64,000 bases of DNA, taken from assembly GCA_051599415.1 (NCBI GenBank), contig AP039698.1, positions 186,001-250,000 on the forward strand, given 5' to 3'. The translations under genes and the position numbers were made by a program. The stretch is from Savitreella phatthalungensis. Its lineage: Eukaryota. The notes under the pieces were generated by a model. It was not told where the DNA came from. It saw only the letters and a list, made by a program, of their open reading frames with translations, and searched no databases. Positions 22,902 to 35,600 of this stretch are shown piece by piece (within the stretch, counting starts at the first letter, position 1; every line of letters begins with the position of its first letter).

Positions 22902-24003
22902 GCGCTGTAGATGGATTGCGCATGGGTGTGCGTGCGTCCCGCAATGTCGACATGCAGCCATAGCACAAGTCGGTGGCCGACTGGGTCAACGGAGAATCGC
23001 CGCCCAGAGATGCAATGGTCGCGCCTGTCGCCCACTCAGGTGCCGCAGGATCGGTAGCGATCCCACAGATCGTGCACGCCGTCGTACTGCCTGTAGAGAT
23101 ATCCTCGGTCAATTTGTCAGTCGCGCGAGAGACGGTATCGACAAGTGATGGGAAGCGCGGCTCGAGGTCGGCAAAATAATCGATAGTCAGCCTGTCAATA
23201 GCATCGGCAATTTCTCCCGGGCGCCGACCACTCTCAGGAACATACATTCCTCGTATCCGGGCGTATTCGATGAGCTCCGAGGTCAACAGGCGCTTGACGA
23301 ATCGTGTATGCCAAATGCCTGTGGCTGAGTCATGCCATGACTCTGAAGCGTGTCTCACCACGGCGTCACCGCGACCCTGAGCGGCCAGCGAGAGCGTCAT
23401 CGATGCACATCGCGTGCTCGTCTCACCAGTACAGACGACCGCGCAACCTAATTCCTGCGCAATTCTGGAGAGCGTCTGGTGCCGAGCTATCCACGAGAGA
23501 TCGTCTCGAGCAGTGGGAGTGCCAAGCGCTGCAAGCACATCGGCGAAAGGGTCACCAACCGCATCGGTTTGAGTGCCAGCATCACTAGTCGCTGGTGCGA
23601 GTTTTGGCTCGCGCTCAACGATCTCGAGCTCAGGATATGTTTCGTGCAGCCACTGGAGATTCGCAATTCCGGTCACGGGGTCCCTTGGTTCGCGCAAATG
23701 GACAGCAACCGGCTTTGGCGCCTTGCCATTGGTGGCACGATGGGAGTTGCAGAGAAGGGCGCAGAGCACGGTAGATCCCAGACCACCAGACACGCCGACA
23801 AGTACCTGTGCCGTGTCTTTCCCATGTACGAGGTTGGCTCGCCTCCATGACTCAAAAGTAGCCAGGTATTTCGTCTCGACAAAGTCGCGTGTGCATGTCC
23901 CGCAAAGAAAATTCCGACGGATTGGGTACAGGGGACCTGCATGTTCAGATGCCTTGCAGCGTCTGCAGGCTTTGGTCTCTGTCGATGGACTCTGCAGCGT
24001 CAT
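22885..24003 (-). CDS. NCS2: Cytoplasmic tRNA 2-thiolation protein 2 (Ctu2/Ncs2)
   Basis: N-terminal CRRC..CGTC, degenerate PP-loop VGVSGGLGS, ASMTLSLAAQGRG, FPSLVDTVSRATDKL, C-terminal CTICG and LCYGC. Confidence 0.85.
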   Translation of the reverse strand: MTLQSPSTETKACRRCKASEHAGPLYPIRRNFLCGTCTRDFVETKYLATFESWRRANLVHGKDTAQVLVGVSGGLGSTVLCALLCNSHRATNGKAPKPVAVHLREPRDPVTGIANLQWLHETYPELEIVEREPKLAPATSDAGTQTDAVGDPFADVLAALGTPTARDDLSWIARHQTLSRIAQELGCAVVCTGETSTRCASMTLSLAAQGRGDAVVRHASESWHDSATGIWHTRFVKRLLTSELIEYARIRGMYVPESGRRPGEIADAIDRLTIDYFADLEPRFPSLVDTVSRATDKLTEDISTGSTTACTICGIATDPAAPEWATGATIASLGGDSPLTQSATDLCYGCMSTLRDARTPMRNPSTAPIAAD

Positions 24004-24333
24004 GTCGAGAGAACCAGACGCCAAGCCAGGGTTTAGACGCCCGCTTCCGTGATGACTGACTTGAGACACAAGAGCTCAGGGCAAGCTCTCACTCGATACA
24101 ATATGTGTCACGATGGGATCACATGCCTGATCAATCTTGGCAGTTTCAAACACATTTGAAAAGTGATATCGACCTGCGCCACGCTCGAGGATGTATCGAT
24201 GATTGATTTAGCCAAGCGCCACAGCAGACTTCAAATTGCATGCCCATGGTATGGTTCAATCCAGCCAGCCATGCATGTATGAATGGATGCACATTTTTCT
24301 GTGGTGGATGCTTCGATGACTGACTAAGTGATA

Positions 24334-24341
24334 TGTGACTG
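24334..24341 (+). promoter_or_regulatory. HomolD box (TGTGACTG) upstream of RPS30
   Basis: Exact match to the reverse complement of CAGTCACA, the S. pombe ribosomal protein promoter element; TTAGGG follows at about 24376. Confidence 0.5.
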
Positions 24342-24703
24342 CCCGTGGGAAAAGATTTTGTAAATTGCGCTGAATTAGGGAATTCTCGATTAACTATATC
24401 GATTGCATAGTAGTCATAACAGTTCCCTTCTAATTGCTTGAAATCTGCTCTGTGATCTTGCCTCCTCACTGTGCTTGGCTGGCGGATTCGTTCCCCTGCG
24501 ATCCACCGCTCACCTACCTGTGAGTACACGCAAGCAAGCTCTCCTCGCGAGACCAGTAGCAAGCAGGAACTAGCAAGCACGGAGGAATTAGCCTGCGCGC
24601 GCGTGCTACCAACCAAGCATCTCCGCCTAGTCGGCACGCAGCTCGTTCCAATCACTCCTGAAGAAGATAGCTTCGCACCTTACTTGACAGACATCAATTC
24701 AAT

Positions 24704-25152
24704 ATGGGCAAGGTTCACGGATCGCTCGCGCGTGCAGGTAAGGTCAAGTCGCAGACACCTAAGGTCGACAAGGCAGAGAAGCCTAAGCAGAAGACCGGCC
24801 GCGCTCTCAAGCGTATCAAGTACAACCGTCGTTTCGTGAACGTCACCAACATCATTGGCGGCAAGAGAAGGTAAGTTTACTATCAAATTTGGCAAGCGCG
24901 ACCTGTTGGACGCTGGATGCTCGTTTGGAAGATGTTATGCAGAGACATGAGGGATTGCGCGAGCCCGCTTTGTCAAGACGATGATGCACATGCCATGCGT
25001 CAGGTCAGTAAAGCTCGCAAGCGAGTCGTGTCGACTCTCTGTTTCTAGCAATCTCTTCTTGACCGGCATGGCCACAACCTCCCTTCGCCTGTGATATTAT
25101 CAAGAACATATTACTAACTCTATTCAGGATGAACCCGAACCCGGTGGCTTAA
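24704..25152 (+). CDS. RPS30: 40S ribosomal protein eS30; exons 24704-24870 and 25128-25152
   Basis: Not in the ORF track. [63 protein letters not shown]; intron GTAAGT..TACTAAC..CAG. Confidence 0.97.
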
Positions 25153-26342
25153 ACAGGTTGACTTCTGCTCTACCTATCACGACCATCGACAAGTTGCATC
25201 TTCCTTTCTCACCCGTTCACCCAATATCATCAACAAGAAACCTGATGCCTTCATCAACTCTTCTTCGTCAGGAAGAGAAGGTCTTCAGCATGTCCATATA
25301 ATGTGACGACGACACAAAAAAGAACCACCATTTATAGAGCAACAGACGTTCAGGAGGTGCTCTTTGCGGATTGACTGTCACGACAAATTGGTCATGATTG
25401 GACATCATTTGCAGAGGTTCCCCAAACCAAATTCTCATTCGGTGCAACCCTTTGCTTGATCACAGCGTGACTCTATCCCTTGGAAACCCATGTCTGCGCT
25501 GTCGGAGTGCAAGAGTGATCTCAGAGTATGCAAGGCAAGCTCAGCTATGTCCGCGCTGACAGGCATGTTGAATCTCATGTGCTGCAAGCTATCGGAAGAC
25601 GGAGTATTCATTGCATGCGAAGCACATCCGCTGTGCAATCTTGTCATGACAAACAGTCACGCCGACAAAGAGCCATGGAATCGTGAAACTTCGTGTACAG
25701 CACCTTTTTGGCAGTGACAGACAAGGCTTGAGCGGAAGGCGTTGTTGACTTGTAGGGTGGCGTGCAAGTCCTTTTGTTGAGCTAACCTACGGGTGTACAC
25801 ACAGGTCATCATGATCAGGCTAGACTCAGCGGACTTGTCATGTGTTGTTTCGTACTGCAGATTTAGGCAGTGCAGCTTGCATGCGTTTTCGTATACTTCA
25901 TTACGTGGTTGAACTTGCTTGTAACATCTGAACAAATAATTTAGATCGCCAAGTATCGCTCACCCGGCTTACATGGAATCTTGACCGTGTAAGTTGAATA
26001 TTCTGCTGACTCGTACCTGCATTTGAGATGGATGGCTAATGGAATCAGAAGCTACTGGTATGTACAAATTGCTCTGTTGGGTCTCAAGTGGATGCATCCA
26101 CTGCAACGGAAGCAATTCTAATAGCCGCGGCAAGTTGCGTCATAGTCATCCACAAACTTGCCTCATAGCGCAACAGATACAGTGTCTATTGTCCTGGCGT
26201 ACACAACCGGTTCCCAGTCAGATGTCCTAGCATTTGCACTACTGCACAAATAGCCGAGTCGCCGAACGTCGGATTGTGCAGTTCTTGTCGCGCGCTTCGT
26301 TCTGCTAGCTGATACGGAAGGTGACGCTTGCGCGTGCGCAAC

Positions 26343-29300
26343 ATGCCTCGACGGATGCGCCAGAGCTTCTACGACCAGTGCGTGGTCGATTCTTCAGAGG
26401 AAGATCTCGCCAAGCCGAGTTACAAGCATGACAACAAGGACAGCAGTTACTTGGACTTTGTGCACCGCAGTCCGAGTATCGACGAGAATGATGAATCGTC
26501 GGCGCACAGACACGCTGAACGCACGCCTTCTGAGGGCAGCTCCATGGTGGCGCGCATCGCTGATGACAATTCAGAACCAGCTCCTGTCGTCGAAAAGCCT
26601 GAGGACGATGTCGATGAGATGGAATTTCTCGCGGAAGGACAAGCGCGGGCTGACGAGGACTCTTACGATCAGGCAAAGACAGGTCAGCATCCCATCGATA
26701 GCACCAATGGTCCATTGGAAGCTACAGAAATGTCAACGGAGGACCTTCATGATGTCGTCCTTGCCGAGCAAAAGCACGACGTCGATCCTGTGAACGAGCA
26801 GTCGCGACAAGCACTCGAAATACAAGTGCGACAGCTTTTTGACCTACCAGAATCCGAACAGTTGCTCGAAGCTTACTCTGCATGGCTCTTGAAATCCGTT
26901 CTGCTGCAAGGCAGACTGTTCCTGACGTCCACACAGCTTTGTTATTACGCTTTCATATCACACACCGCCGAGAGCACTATCAAGTCAGGTTACCTTGTCA
27001 AGGTCAGCGAAGGCACTGGTCGAACGCATCGCTACTACTTCTCGCTACAAGACCACATGCTCTCGTACTATCAAGATCCGGGAGAACGCCTCTTTGAGCA
27101 GGGAAATATCAACCTGAAAGATGCCATAGAAGCACTTCCAAGTGTGAAGCACAGTACGGTCGACGGCTATGCCTTTTTGCTGCGGACACGCTTGCGTGAC
27201 TACATTTTCAAGACTGAGACTGCGTCAGCCGCGAACGAATGGATCAAGATCATTCAGAAAGTCATCTTCCGCTTGAACACGAATGGAGATGCGGTCAAGG
27301 TCACGATCCCCTTTTCCGCGATCCTTGACATCGAGCAAACACATGACTTGACCTTTGTCGATACGCTCAAGGTGCGACTGGCCGAGGAGGATGGCTCTTT
27401 CGAATTGTCAGAATACAACTTTGCGCTGTTCGAATATATGGATATGGCTTTGGCATCGCTGAAGAAGCGCGTGGCAGAGACCGATGCGCGTCGTCTGAAC
27501 AACGCTAGCGTGCGCGACACATCAGTTGAAGCTCCAGGCTTCTATCGCCGTCCGGGAGAGCTCGCGAACCTAGCACGTGGCGATAATGGTGGCAGCGATG
27601 CGGATGGTGACTCCAACTTCGAGCAGACGATTGCAAAATTCGTGAAGCAGCATCAGCGAAGGCGCTCAGCGGCTTCACGAGCCGTGTCTTCTGTCGCCTC
27701 GATCGGCCAAGGTCTCAAAGCCGCAGCTAGCTCCGCCACCTCGACAGTTTCAAAGACTCTTCTTGGTGTTTTCAAAACTGCTGAGGATGAGGAGGTCGCT
27801 GCAGAGGTAGCAGCGCAGGCTTTCCGTGAGCATTTCGGGCTCGATGACAATGAAGTCCTACTCAAAAGCTATTCAGTCTTTTACTTTAGCACCGTCCCTC
27901 TGGCAGGCGAGCTATTCGTTTCTGATCGCCACTTGTGTTTCGAAAGCACGACCGCTGGCACGAAGACCCGCATAGTTGTCAAGACCTCCGAGCTAGACAG
28001 TGCTAAGAAGGAGAAGGCTTTTAGATTCGGATTTAGTGGCCTACAAGTCAGTGTTCGCGCTCATGAGGACATCTCATTCGAGTTCAGCCAGGTGTCTGAT
28101 CGAGATCAGTGCCTGGAATTCATTGATGGAGCGATCAGCTACTGGCCGAAACTCGAGCATGAGGCAAAAGAGGAGCAGGAGCGACAACTGAAACTTCACA
28201 AGCAGCACGCAGCTGAGCACGAATCCATTGAGCAGGCGTGTGAGGCTTTCGGCTCAACCTTACAAAGTGACAGCATGCCGCCACTCGAAAGCGTCGTCAA
28301 TGTCCCGCCGATCATCTTCGATTCGCCAAGCGCCAGTATGGTTGCCTTCAAGCCTCGCAAGCAGCTTCACATTACCTGTTTGACAATTGGTTCGCGAGGA
28401 GATGTGCAGCCGTACGTGGCGCTTTGCAAAGGTTTGATCAAGGATGGACAGAAAGCACGTATTGCCACGCACGAGGAGTTCCGTGAATTTGTTGAGTCGC
28501 ACGGGATCGAATTTGCTCCGATCGATGGCGATCCTTCGGAGCTCATGGCCTTATGTGTCGAATATGGCATGTTCACATACAGCTTCTTGAGGGAAGCATC
28601 GACCAAGTTCCGCACCTGGATCGATGACTTGCTCAATAGCAGCTGGCGTGCATGCCAAGGCACGGATATGCTCATCGAGTCGCCATCCGCCATGGGTGGC
28701 ATACACATTGCAGAGTCACTTGGCATCCCCTACTATCGTGCGTTCACCATGCCGTGGGTCAAGACACGCGTCTATCCTCATGCATTTGCCGTGCCAGAGC
28801 GCAACATGGGAGGTAATTACAACGCATTTACGTACAGTGCATTCGACACGCTTTTCTGGAAAGCAATTTCCGGGCAAGTCAACAGGTGGCGTCGCAAAAC
28901 ACTCAACTTGCCCAGCACAAATTTCGACAAGCTCGCGCAGCACAAAGTTCCGTTCCTGTACAACTTCAGTCCTTCGGTGGTGCCACCGGCCAACGATTGG
29001 CATGAGTGGGTTCGAGTCACTGGTTACTGGTACCTTGATAATCCTGACGGCAACGACTGGAAGCCCACAGAGGAGATCACCAACTTCATCGAGCGTGCTC
29101 GCAAAGACGGAAAGAAGCTGGCATATATCGGATTTGGCTCGATTGTTGTGTCGAAACCCGAGGCACTGACAAAGGCTGTCATTGCAGCCGTCAATGAAGC
29201 CGATGTGCGATGCATTCTCGTCAAGGGCTGGTCGGACCGCGGAAGCAAGGGCAAGTCGGACGACGACGATAAGGAAAAGCAGGCTAAGGAAGACAAGAAG

Positions 29301-29996
29301 ACGGACTACGGCGACAACATTCTGTCGCTTGAATCCATTCCTCATGACTGGTTGTTCCCGCAGATTGACGTGGCTTGCCACCACGGAGGAGCCGGCTCGC
29401 TTGGCGCGAGTTTGCGGGCCGGTGTACCGACAATTGTAAAGCCATTCTTCGGCGACCAGTACTTCTTCGGTGACCGGGTCGCCGATCTGGGTGTGGGCGT
29501 GTGCCTGAAGAAGCTGACGACGTCGTCGCTCGTCAAGGCACTGAAGCGATGCGTTGAGGACGAGCTGACGATTGAGCGCGCACAAAAGATTGGCGAGTCA
29601 CTCAGGCAAGAGGACGGTGTTGCGACAGCGATCGAATGCATCTACCGGGATCTCGTCTACGCACAGTCACTCATCAAGTACCCGCAGCGTCGTAAAGGTG
29701 GCAGCCCAAATGAATCACGACCCGTCAGCAGCAATGCCAGCAGCGGGCAAGGCACCAGCGATGAGAGCTGGGTCGACGTGGATGGCTCGCGGTCGACTCA
29801 ACAGCGATCGGACACGACAGACGAGCATGACGATGCGGATCTCTATGACACACACAAGGATGAAGATGGAAAGAGCTTCTCCTTGCTGAAAGGGCTACGC
29901 GATCTCAAGCTGCCCCATCCACTCGGCGACAGTAAGAACTCAAGCTCCTACGGGCTTGGCGGTCTCAACCCTTTCAAGTGGGGCAGTTCTTCTTGA
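26343..29996 (+). CDS. ATG26: Sterol 3-beta-glucosyltransferase (PH-GRAM-UGT)
   Basis: GRAM and PH regions, then LTIGSRGDVQPY, IESPSAMGGIHIAE, YIGFGSIVV, HHGGAGSLGASLRAG, PFFGDQ. Confidence 0.95.
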   Translation: MPRRMRQSFYDQCVVDSSEEDLAKPSYKHDNKDSSYLDFVHRSPSIDENDESSAHRHAERTPSEGSSMVARIADDNSEPAPVVEKPEDDVDEMEFLAEGQARADEDSYDQAKTGQHPIDSTNGPLEATEMSTEDLHDVVLAEQKHDVDPVNEQSRQALEIQVRQLFDLPESEQLLEAYSAWLLKSVLLQGRLFLTSTQLCYYAFISHTAESTIKSGYLVKVSEGTGRTHRYYFSLQDHMLSYYQDPGERLFEQGNINLKDAIEALPSVKHSTVDGYAFLLRTRLRDYIFKTETASAANEWIKIIQKVIFRLNTNGDAVKVTIPFSAILDIEQTHDLTFVDTLKVRLAEEDGSFELSEYNFALFEYMDMALASLKKRVAETDARRLNNASVRDTSVEAPGFYRRPGELANLARGDNGGSDADGDSNFEQTIAKFVKQHQRRRSAASRAVSSVASIGQGLKAAASSATSTVSKTLLGVFKTAEDEEVAAEVAAQAFREHFGLDDNEVLLKSYSVFYFSTVPLAGELFVSDRHLCFESTTAGTKTRIVVKTSELDSAKKEKAFRFGFSGLQVSVRAHEDISFEFSQVSDRDQCLEFIDGAISYWPKLEHEAKEEQERQLKLHKQHAAEHESIEQACEAFGSTLQSDSMPPLESVVNVPPIIFDSPSASMVAFKPRKQLHITCLTIGSRGDVQPYVALCKGLIKDGQKARIATHEEFREFVESHGIEFAPIDGDPSELMALCVEYGMFTYSFLREASTKFRTWIDDLLNSSWRACQGTDMLIESPSAMGGIHIAESLGIPYYRAFTMPWVKTRVYPHAFAVPERNMGGNYNAFTYSAFDTLFWKAISGQVNRWRRKTLNLPSTNFDKLAQHKVPFLYNFSPSVVPPANDWHEWVRVTGYWYLDNPDGNDWKPTEEITNFIERARKDGKKLAYIGFGSIVVSKPEALTKAVIAAVNEADVRCILVKGWSDRGSKGKSDDDDKEKQAKEDKKTDYGDNILSLESIPHDWLFPQIDVACHHGGAGSLGASLRAGVPTIVKPFFGDQYFFGDRVADLGVGVCLKKLTTSSLVKALKRCVEDELTIERAQKIGESLRQEDGVATAIECIYRDLVYAQSLIKYPQRRKGGSPNESRPVSSNASSGQGTSDESWVDVDGSRSTQQRSDTTDEHDDADLYDTHKDEDGKSFSLLKGLRDLKLPHPLGDSKNSSSYGLGGLNPFKWGSSS

Positions 29997-32125
29997 GTGC
30001 CTATGAAGTCCATGCAAGCCATGGCTGTGCGGCACAGGGGTACAGATATCACCACTCCCTTGAATGCCGCACCGAGTACAGTGCAAGGCAATGAACCAGC
30101 ATGTGAGACTGCATAAACGAATGAAATTATAGCCGAGCAAAGGTATATCCACGCCAATGTCCATCAATTTGCCGAGGTGGGGATTGATTCGCTGTTCGTG
30201 AGCCTGAGTAATGATTTGATACCCGGGTAATTCGTCGACACGGACGGGCGGATGCGCGGATGAGAGTGCCAAGTGTTTGAGCTCGGTCTGCCCCACTTCA
30301 ATTGTTCGTGCATTCCTCGGTGATATCAATTCCTGTGATAAGCCAGCTGTAGCTGTGCATTGGCAGGCTCAGCAATCTAGCACTCGGCTAACTAGCACAA
30401 TACACGGTTACCTACGATATTGTACAATGGCAGAAGGGTCATCTCCATTTCAACGTCGCCGATAGCTTACAGAATGACTGACGCGGTACGAAGCAAGCAG
30501 GGGCTGAGTGAGGAATTTGAGCCGACCGCGCGGAGTGTTTTCAGAAGATGGGGTTGATGAAACAATCGATGGAACTCGAACAGATGAGACCGTCGTGTAT
30601 GCGAAGAATCGAATGTGCTATGGCAGGGTTTAAGGTCCGTCTAGTGCGAGCGGGTAAAAGTCAATGGAGTAAGAGAGCTCGCGGGTCTCTCAATCGAGCT
30701 CAGATTGATGAGGCAGTATGACGCAAGTCGCAAACTCTAAATTAGGCAACCTCTTACATCACACCGGCATCCTCGCTTGTTCAGGCATCTTCTCAGACTT
30801 TGTATCCGCGCGCCTGGAATTGGATGATGTAGCAATCTCGTTCTATTGATTTCGATGATTGAATCCCATGATGAAGGATGAATATCAGATCAATAGCATA
30901 TATGAGTGTTACAAGGAGGAATGAATTCTAATCCCAATGAATGGCATATGTGAATTACATATGTAGTACACAGGTAGAACACAAGTCTGAGTGGAAAGGA
31001 AAGAGGAGGTGAGGGATTGTGTAGCAAATGAGGAAGAATGAAAAAATTATAGGATTAGAGATGAATAAATTGGGCGTTTTGTGACGGCATTGCTCACAAT
31101 CCTGCTTTACTATTCGCCGTAATTGCCGTGCCACCTATTCCGAACACACCTGCTGCAGTTACAAGACTTTTGCGTGAAATGGATGACCCGTTAGGGATCA
31201 GCGGATAAGTGAGCCCTGTCCGGACAACGCGGACGACAGCCACCCAGCACTGGGGACAGTTGAAATGATTGCAGGATTGACTGTCGCATGAATTCGCATT
31301 GAATTCCGCCAACACAACTTTGGAGTCGATCTATTCTATCACTGTGCTTGACCAATGCTGCAAGGTAGTGAGTGCCTTTTCGTAGCAGAGACAGATCTCC
31401 AAACTAGGACGCAGAACGTTCGTATGCCCAGACGGCAAGCAGCATAGACCATCCAACCTCGCAAGTGGATTACCAGTGCGTTGTACAGTGTCTACGCTCA
31501 GTCGTACACCACATACCGTGTACCGTTCACTGGTCCACTGCACCGCCGCACACCACGTTCTCTGTCTGCACCATCGTAGTCACTGACCCAACAAGCACGC
31601 GTCGGAAGACCAATCATCCTGTCTTGCAACGTAGTCTAAGAATTCAGCAAGGGTGCACCATACCAACCGACATCGCATATAGACTCACTCAGGTTGCACG
31701 GCTCTTAGCATATTGCTCCCTGCAGCACAGCACGACCTGGCACGAAAGGTAAGGTCTGTCACCTGCACGCTATCGACCCCGAACCAGTCGCAACCCTTCT
31801 TGCTATATTGAATAAGCAAGCGCGACATCAAACAACAGCGACAGCCACCACGATTTACTATCAACAAACGTGGCAGATCAGCTCGTGACCAGTGTTGCTC
31901 CTGCCGTTTTCGCCTGAGCTATTGCACATCCCGTCCTCTTCAATCGATCACGGTTTTGTTTACGTTCAACGTCACTCCGACCCCGCCGAAAGTCTCTGCA
32001 GCAAACGAACATTCATTGCTGCTACCACGACTGAACGATTGCTGCATCAACGTCATTGCGATATCTCCTTTCACCTCTTCTGACCTCACAACTCACCCTT
32101 CAGCTTCGCCTTCTCACAGTCTCCT

Positions 32126-32581
32126 ATGGCTGCATTGAGCACGCCTGCATCAACAGGCGGCAGCGACGAAGGTCTCGTCGACCATGCCATTTTTGATCAG
32201 TTGCTAGAGATGGATGACGATGGTGATCGTGAGTTCAGCAGAAGTATTGTATGGAACTTCTTCGAGCAGGCGGAGACGACATTTACTCAGATCGAGACCG
32301 CACTAGAAAAAAAGGAGTTGGCAGAACTGTCGAGCCTTGGACACTTCCTGAAAGGCTCATCAGCCGCCTTGGGACTTACGCGCGTCAAGGAGTCGTGTGA
32401 GAAGATTCAGCATTTCGGCGCTCGTAAGCGAGCAGATGGCTCTGGACAAATTGATGATGAGGAGGCCTTGAGCAAAATTGCTACCACCCTGGCCAAGTGT
32501 AAAGAGGACTATCGCGAGGCAGAGATCTACCTCAAGGACTTCTACGGTGGCGAGGATGGCGCCGTCAAGGAAGACGACTGA
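32126..32581 (+). CDS. YPD1: Histidine phosphotransfer protein Ypd1/Mpr1
   Basis: FDQLLEMDDD..FSRSIVWNFFEQAETTF..LSSLGHFLKGSSAALG (HPt phospho-His). Confidence 0.95.
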   Translation: MAALSTPASTGGSDEGLVDHAIFDQLLEMDDDGDREFSRSIVWNFFEQAETTFTQIETALEKKELAELSSLGHFLKGSSAALGLTRVKESCEKIQHFGARKRADGSGQIDDEEALSKIATTLAKCKEDYREAEIYLKDFYGGEDGAVKEDD

Positions 32582-32588
32582 TGACTTT

Positions 32589-32612
32589 GGGGGGGGGGGG
32601 GGGGGGGGGGGG
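32589..32612 (+). repeat. G24 homopolymer
   Basis: Uninterrupted G run starting 8 nt after the YPD1 stop. Confidence 0.9.
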
Positions 32613-33084
32613 AAATAAAGAAGCATCCGCCAGGCTATATGTCCATCCGTTCCTACACCCTTTTCCGCATTCAGCATGCAACAAATTGTCCCTCTAGAGG
32701 GCCCTCACGTCCTTCATTTTCTATCATCATTGACGTAGGCTAGGCACAGCGAAACGAGATTGCTTCAATCACAAGCCTTATTGTGTGTATAAGACTCTAT
32801 CTTTGGGCGATGGCCAGACAATTACTTCTTAGGTTAGTCTCGGATAGTAGTGGCTTATGGAAGAGAGAGACCTGGAGTCATATCCTCCTGTTGCATTGCT
32901 GCCCCTTGAAAGTCCTTCAGCACGGTGCATCTTAGAGCCCACTTTGACAAATTCACGTGTGCGTACTGTTGCAATCAATTTATGGCCAGGGTTGACAAAG
33001 GCACAAGGACGTCACTCACTCCACATCAGTGCAAAGAGTGGTGGGAAGTGTACTCTAAAGAGGCTACTGACCTTTTCTCTCGCA

Positions 33085-33921
33085 ATGACGGAGCCAGCAT
33101 GGAAGAAGTTCCTGAAGCTGAAGGACACTGTACCAGTCACCTCATCCGACATCGCCTCTGCCGTCACCGCCAACACCCCACTCACCCAGCCAGCCAAGCG
33201 GCGTAAGCACGATCACCCTGACACCTCTCTTTCCACCTCGTCCGCTGCCGTAGGCATTCAGTACCGGAAGCGAGGCGCTGGAGACGCCGCGCTCGCCCGG
33301 CGTGACAAGGCGTCTGGTGGGAACACGCCCGCGGACCCTCTCGCTGAGGCTGCACGGAACGCTCGACAGAACCGACAGAAGAAGAAGGCGAAGGCGAAGG
33401 TGACCGTGTCGAAGCGTGAGCTGGCAGCGCGCCGGGACGCTGCCGCTGGCGCACTGGCGTACCTGGACGCCTACGCCACCCGCCAACACACCACCTGGAA
33501 GTTCTCAAAACCAAAGCAGAACTTCATCGTCAGGCACCTCTACCATACCGACACGATCGACCACAAGGTCTTTGTAGACCGCGTCGTGCCCTACGTGAGT
33601 GGGATGCAGGGAGGCACGAGGAATAGGATGGTGGAAGAAGCGAGGGCGCTGGTGGCTCGGGCTGAGATTGAGGGTGCTGGTAATCAAGAAGGAGGTGAGG
33701 AGGCCCAGGAGAAAGAGGTTGGCGGGGAAGCGGAGGAGGCAAGTCCTGTGACGGCTGAGCAAGTCGATCGGGCTAAGCAAATCATCAGAGTCCTCACAGG
33801 CGCAGAAGGAGAAGAGAACGAAGAGAGCGACGAGGATGCAGGCTCAGAGAGCTCAAGTGACTCGGACTCGAGCTCTGATTCAGACTCCAGCACCTCGGAC
33901 TCAAGTTCAAATTCAGATTGA
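33085..33921 (+). CDS. WKF/DUF2373 domain protein (C7orf50/YCR016W-like, nucleolar)
   Basis: N-terminal EPAWKK, ALAYL..WKFSKPKQNFIVRHL, YVSGMQGGTRNR, acidic Ser-rich tail. Confidence 0.75.
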   Translation: MTEPAWKKFLKLKDTVPVTSSDIASAVTANTPLTQPAKRRKHDHPDTSLSTSSAAVGIQYRKRGAGDAALARRDKASGGNTPADPLAEAARNARQNRQKKKAKAKVTVSKRELAARRDAAAGALAYLDAYATRQHTTWKFSKPKQNFIVRHLYHTDTIDHKVFVDRVVPYVSGMQGGTRNRMVEEARALVARAEIEGAGNQEGGEEAQEKEVGGEAEEASPVTAEQVDRAKQIIRVLTGAEGEENEESDEDAGSESSSDSDSSSDSDSSTSDSSSNSD

Positions 33922-34003
33922 TGACAGTAATGGTATTGAGAAACGATAAGAAGGAGACAGAGGCTATGTTGGAATGTTGCTCGAGAATAAGGCCTCGAAG
34001 CAT

Positions 34004-35308
<1,305 letters not shown>

Positions 35309-35379
35309 CTAGCGAGAGGTCAATTGTACAGAAGCGCGCAAGTTCTTGAGAGCGTCCAAGGTGTATGATCGTGCGGGAG

Positions 35380-35600
35380 TGCGCGTATGTGTGTGTGAGG
35401 ATGTGCGTGTGTGGGGGGAAGACTGGTTGCGCGTCGCCTGGATAGGATCGATCGGAATGACAGAGAGATAGAGCGCTGGGCAACCGCAGGCGTCTGTGTG
35501 ATCGTATGCGTATGCGTAAGCGTAAGCCCGGGCTTGTGCGTGTGGGTGAGGGTGAGGGTGAGGAGGTGATTGTGGTTGTGGTTGTGTGAGTGTGTGGGCT
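35380..35600. repeat. GT-rich low-complexity tract upstream of PEP4, including (GT)n, (GCGTAT)n, (GGGTGA)3 and (GGTTGT)n
   Basis: Short tandem units visible in the sequence. Confidence 0.6.

Noticed and set aside
28716..29585. Long antisense or alternate-frame ORFs (also 4878-5624, 15537-16217, 50383-51096, 62060-63001)
   Set aside because: Expected shadows of GC3-biased genuine genes; no independent motifs.
31465..32125. Possible upstream exon and intron (GTAAGG 31749 to CAG 32103) in frame with YPD1
   Set aside because: The upstream frame has no ATG and the HPt domain is complete from 32126; at most a 5'UTR intron.
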